Assembly: GCA_049969675.1 (NCBI GenBank) | Contig: JBMFOP010000004.1 | Coordinates: 1 to 58,113 of the forward strand | Direction: 5' to 3' | Origin: Myxococcota bacterium | GTDB taxonomy: Bacteria > Myxococcota > SpSt-1050 | DNA: 58,113 bases | In this document: piece after piece, positions 56,009 through 58,113 of the stretch | How the letters are laid out: each line of letters starts with the position of its first letter | Position numbering within the stretch: position 1 is the stretch's first letter | Notes under the pieces: model-generated | What the model was told of the DNA's origin: nothing | What the model saw: the letters and a program-made list of their open reading frames with translations, nothing else | Database searches by the model: none | Translations under genes and position numbers: made by a program

Positions 56009-56036
56009 TTGACAAAATGGATAGATTTTATATATT
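56009..56036 (+). promoter_or_regulatory. Sigma70-type promoter for tRNA-Phe
   Basis: TTGACA (56009-56014), 16-nt spacer, TATATT (56031-56036). The tRNA begins 12 nt downstream. Confidence 0.6.
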
Positions 56037-56048
56037 CCATAACCCGTT

Positions 56049-56121
<73 letters not shown>

Positions 56122-56181
56122 CATCTCCTCCCTTGAAATCTTTTTACCCCCAAACCCTTATGCTGGTAAAGATTAGATATT

Positions 56182-56300
56182 CACTGTTATAGAAAACAAT
56201 CTGCTTTGAAAAGAAGTCAATTGTTTATAAAATAAGGACTAAAAATCCTTTGCACTTATAATTTCTATGTCAGGCACCATTTGAAATATCTCAAATTGCC
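56182..56300 (-). repeat. Degenerate copy of the intergenic repeat family (copy E)
   Basis: CACTGTTATAGAAAACAATCTGCTTTGAAAAGAAGTCAATTGTTTATAAAATAAGGA parallels CACTGCTGTCCAAAACAATCTTCTTTGAGAATTTAACTATTTGTAAAATAAGAA of copy B. Confidence 0.45.
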
Positions 56301-56874
56301 CTCAATGAATAAATCCTATATTCCTCTCTATGCCCTCTATCCATTACTGCTTTATTGAACTCATTTTTTGAAAAATTTATCTGTAAAATAACATTTTTAT
56401 CAACCAGAGGTTTTCTCTCACTAAATACAAGTTTGTTTCGCAAACCGAGAGTTAGTTTAGAGATACTATTAAACCTATATCTTAATCAGTGGGTCAACTA
56501 TTTTTTGATTCGCCAGCTTATAGTTTGTTAAGTAATACAGCTCAGGGGTGTTTAGATAGGTGTCTTAGACTAACCTGTTCGCCTCTGTGGCGTCCACCTC
56601 CTCTGTGAAGGGAAATTACCCCGTCAGTCCGAAGGACCTGCCACCCCTTCTATGAAGGGGAATTGAGAGAGGATTTGTAATTTGCAATTTGAACTGAACT
56701 ATAATCTTCCCAATCGCCCGTGCAATAATAAAAACTTATCTTAGCCCCATCATATATCCTTATCTCTCTTGTTTTAATAAACATCAGAAGTTGAATATAT
56801 ACCAAATACCCTTTTATTCTATTCACAGATGATATGATATATCAAATCAGAAATTAATCAATAAATAATTAATC

Positions 56875-57621
56875 CTACCTCTCCTCATCCTCTATTACAT
56901 AATATTCATTCTTTACTCTCTTAACCTTTATTCCAAGTTCAACTAACGCTACTCTCGCACGCTCCCTTATTGGACAGGTAGTATTCATATATTCATATTC
57001 TCCACCCATTATGACATCACTTCTTTTCTTAAGACAGTTATGGTCACTAAGTAATTTCTTATATATAGGTATATACTTTACCTTATATAACTTTTTATGG
57101 TTTATCACCCAAAGGGCAAGAGATCTCGTATATAGATTTGTTGACTTTTCAGCGATATCCATTAATATATCAACATATTCAGCATCATCATTATTTTTTC
57201 CGTAATCTTTATGGGATACTATTGCAATGGCTAATTTATCTCTCAAATCTCCATATTTACTTTTATAATTATTTTTTAGCACTTCCAATGTATTTCCACT
57301 CAAAAGTGACATCTCTTCTATTATTATACTGCATATAAATTCACTTGAAGGTTTATATGTATTAAATGGAGGGTACCCTTCTGTGGGATTTTTTATCTCA
57401 TATTCTAACATCTCTAACAAAGTCTTCAATTTCTCTCCTTCTGGTATATCACGATTCTTAATGTTTTTAATAAATGATATCCTGTCCTTAACCTTTTGTT
57501 TAATTCTTAGTTTTCCCTTAAATTCAGTTATTGAATTATCATCTGCCTTAATTTGACCAGAGGGTAGAAGTAACAAACATAAGAATAATACTAATAATGA
57601 GGTAAATATAAACTTTTTCAT
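56875..57621 (-). CDS. Secreted hypothetical protein (helical, HEAT-like)
   Basis: 248 aa with an N-terminal signal peptide (MKKFIFTSLLVLFLCLLLLPSGQIKA). No family recognised. Lies 4 nt downstream of the HExxH protein gene. Confidence 0.5.
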   Translation of the reverse strand: MKKFIFTSLLVLFLCLLLLPSGQIKADDNSITEFKGKLRIKQKVKDRISFIKNIKNRDIPEGEKLKTLLEMLEYEIKNPTEGYPPFNTYKPSSEFICSIIIEEMSLLSGNTLEVLKNNYKSKYGDLRDKLAIAIVSHKDYGKNNDDAEYVDILMDIAEKSTNLYTRSLALWVINHKKLYKVKYIPIYKKLLSDHNCLKKRSDVIMGGEYEYMNTTCPIRERARVALVELGIKVKRVKNEYYVIEDEER

Positions 57622-57625
57622 AATT

Positions 57626-58113
57626 TCACCTCCATTGATTACCTGGATATGCCCAGTCTTCTTTATTTGCAGAGCCAGAAATCCATTCTTCCTCTGCTAA
57701 ATATGATAAATAATCAAAATCATCAAAATCATCACTAATTGTATTTGGAGAATTTGGATTTAGACCATATGATGGCTCTATATCATTTGGAATCATATCC
57801 CCATCATTATCATTTGATGAATCATATCCATTGGGCCACCATGTTTGCCAATTTATCATATGAGTCCCTTCGTGGATATTTGTCGTTGCAAATGTATCTA
57901 TGTCCTCTCCTGCTGGATCACATATATAAAATTGATTTGGCTCACTCCTTCTAAAACAGCCATAGGTAATTACCCCAGGTTCTGATTGCCCACAAATGTT
58001 ATTACATCCAACTGTTGTGCTATAGAGATGCGGATTATATACATTTGCACTCGTTTGTGTCCAATAATAATACCAGTTTGGTGTATTGGGTTGGGAGCCT
58101 GATGGATATGGAT
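57626..58113 (-). CDS. Partial CDS (5' end outside the window): putative HExxH zinc metallopeptidase-like protein with an Asp-rich C-terminus
   Basis: Translating by hand upstream of the listed 77-aa ORF gives an open frame to the window edge: ...GCNNICGQSEPGVITYGCFRRSEPNQFYICDPAGEDIDTFATTNIHEGTHMINWQ... It contains HEGTH, then DNDGDMIPNDIE. Confidence 0.6.
   Translation of the reverse strand, partial: PYPSGSQPNTPNWYYYWTQTSANVYNPHLYSTTVGCNNICGQSEPGVITYGCFRRSEPNQFYICDPAGEDIDTFATTNIHEGTHMINWQTWWPNGYDSSNDNDGDMIPNDIEPSYGLNPNSPNTISDDFDDFDYLSYLAEEEWISGSANKEDWAYPGNQWR

Overview
This is a chromosomal window from a low-GC diderm bacterium. By eye it is gene-dense and mostly core metabolism and envelope genes. 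The mglBA polarity GTPase pair, an FHA-DUF4388 protein, PEGA and TSP3-OmpA envelope proteins and DGCE-type Cys-rich repeats suggest a Deltaproteobacteria, Myxococcota or Bdellovibrionota-like lineage. That placement is inferred from gene content only.

Recognisable blocks:
- ileS-lspA followed by two tandem lgt paralogs.
- An envelope cluster: TPR/PEGA, DUF4398, OmpA-TSP3, BamD, TPR and FHA-DUF4388.
- A partial complex I operon, nuoA-B-C-D-G(short)-H-I. It has no nuoE/F and no nuoJ-N, and it is translationally coupled to a PDZ protein.
- A divergent pair: a GH25 muramidase lipoprotein and a Cys-rich secreted protein.
- yicC-gmk-S41 protease, then pepT and a POT-like MFS transporter.
- mglB-mglA, followed on the same strand by a tight three-gene operon: a butyrate kinase-phosphotransbutyrylase fusion, a CoA-transferase-GNAT fusion and an HDAC-type deacetylase.
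- gcvH-gcvPA, a GT9 glycosyltransferase, queD-E-C, a ClpA-type ATPase, a GT39-like glycosyltransferase, an SCP2 protein, a GAF-HD-GYP protein, a permease and tRNA-Phe.
- A 5'-truncated HExxH protein gene at the right edge.

Two signals are not explained by ordinary annotation:
1. A dispersed intergenic repeat family of about 370-420 bp has at least five clear and several degenerate copies. It has a sharply bounded conserved tail, CAGATTATTCTGGACAG-NN-GTG. It fills most long intergenic gaps and sometimes forms head-to-head pairs between divergent genes. It could be a MITE or a multicopy ncRNA.
2. The acyl-CoA generation plus lysine acyltransferase plus deacylase operon has unusual domain fusions.

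No CRISPR array, rRNA, transposase or integrase was seen.
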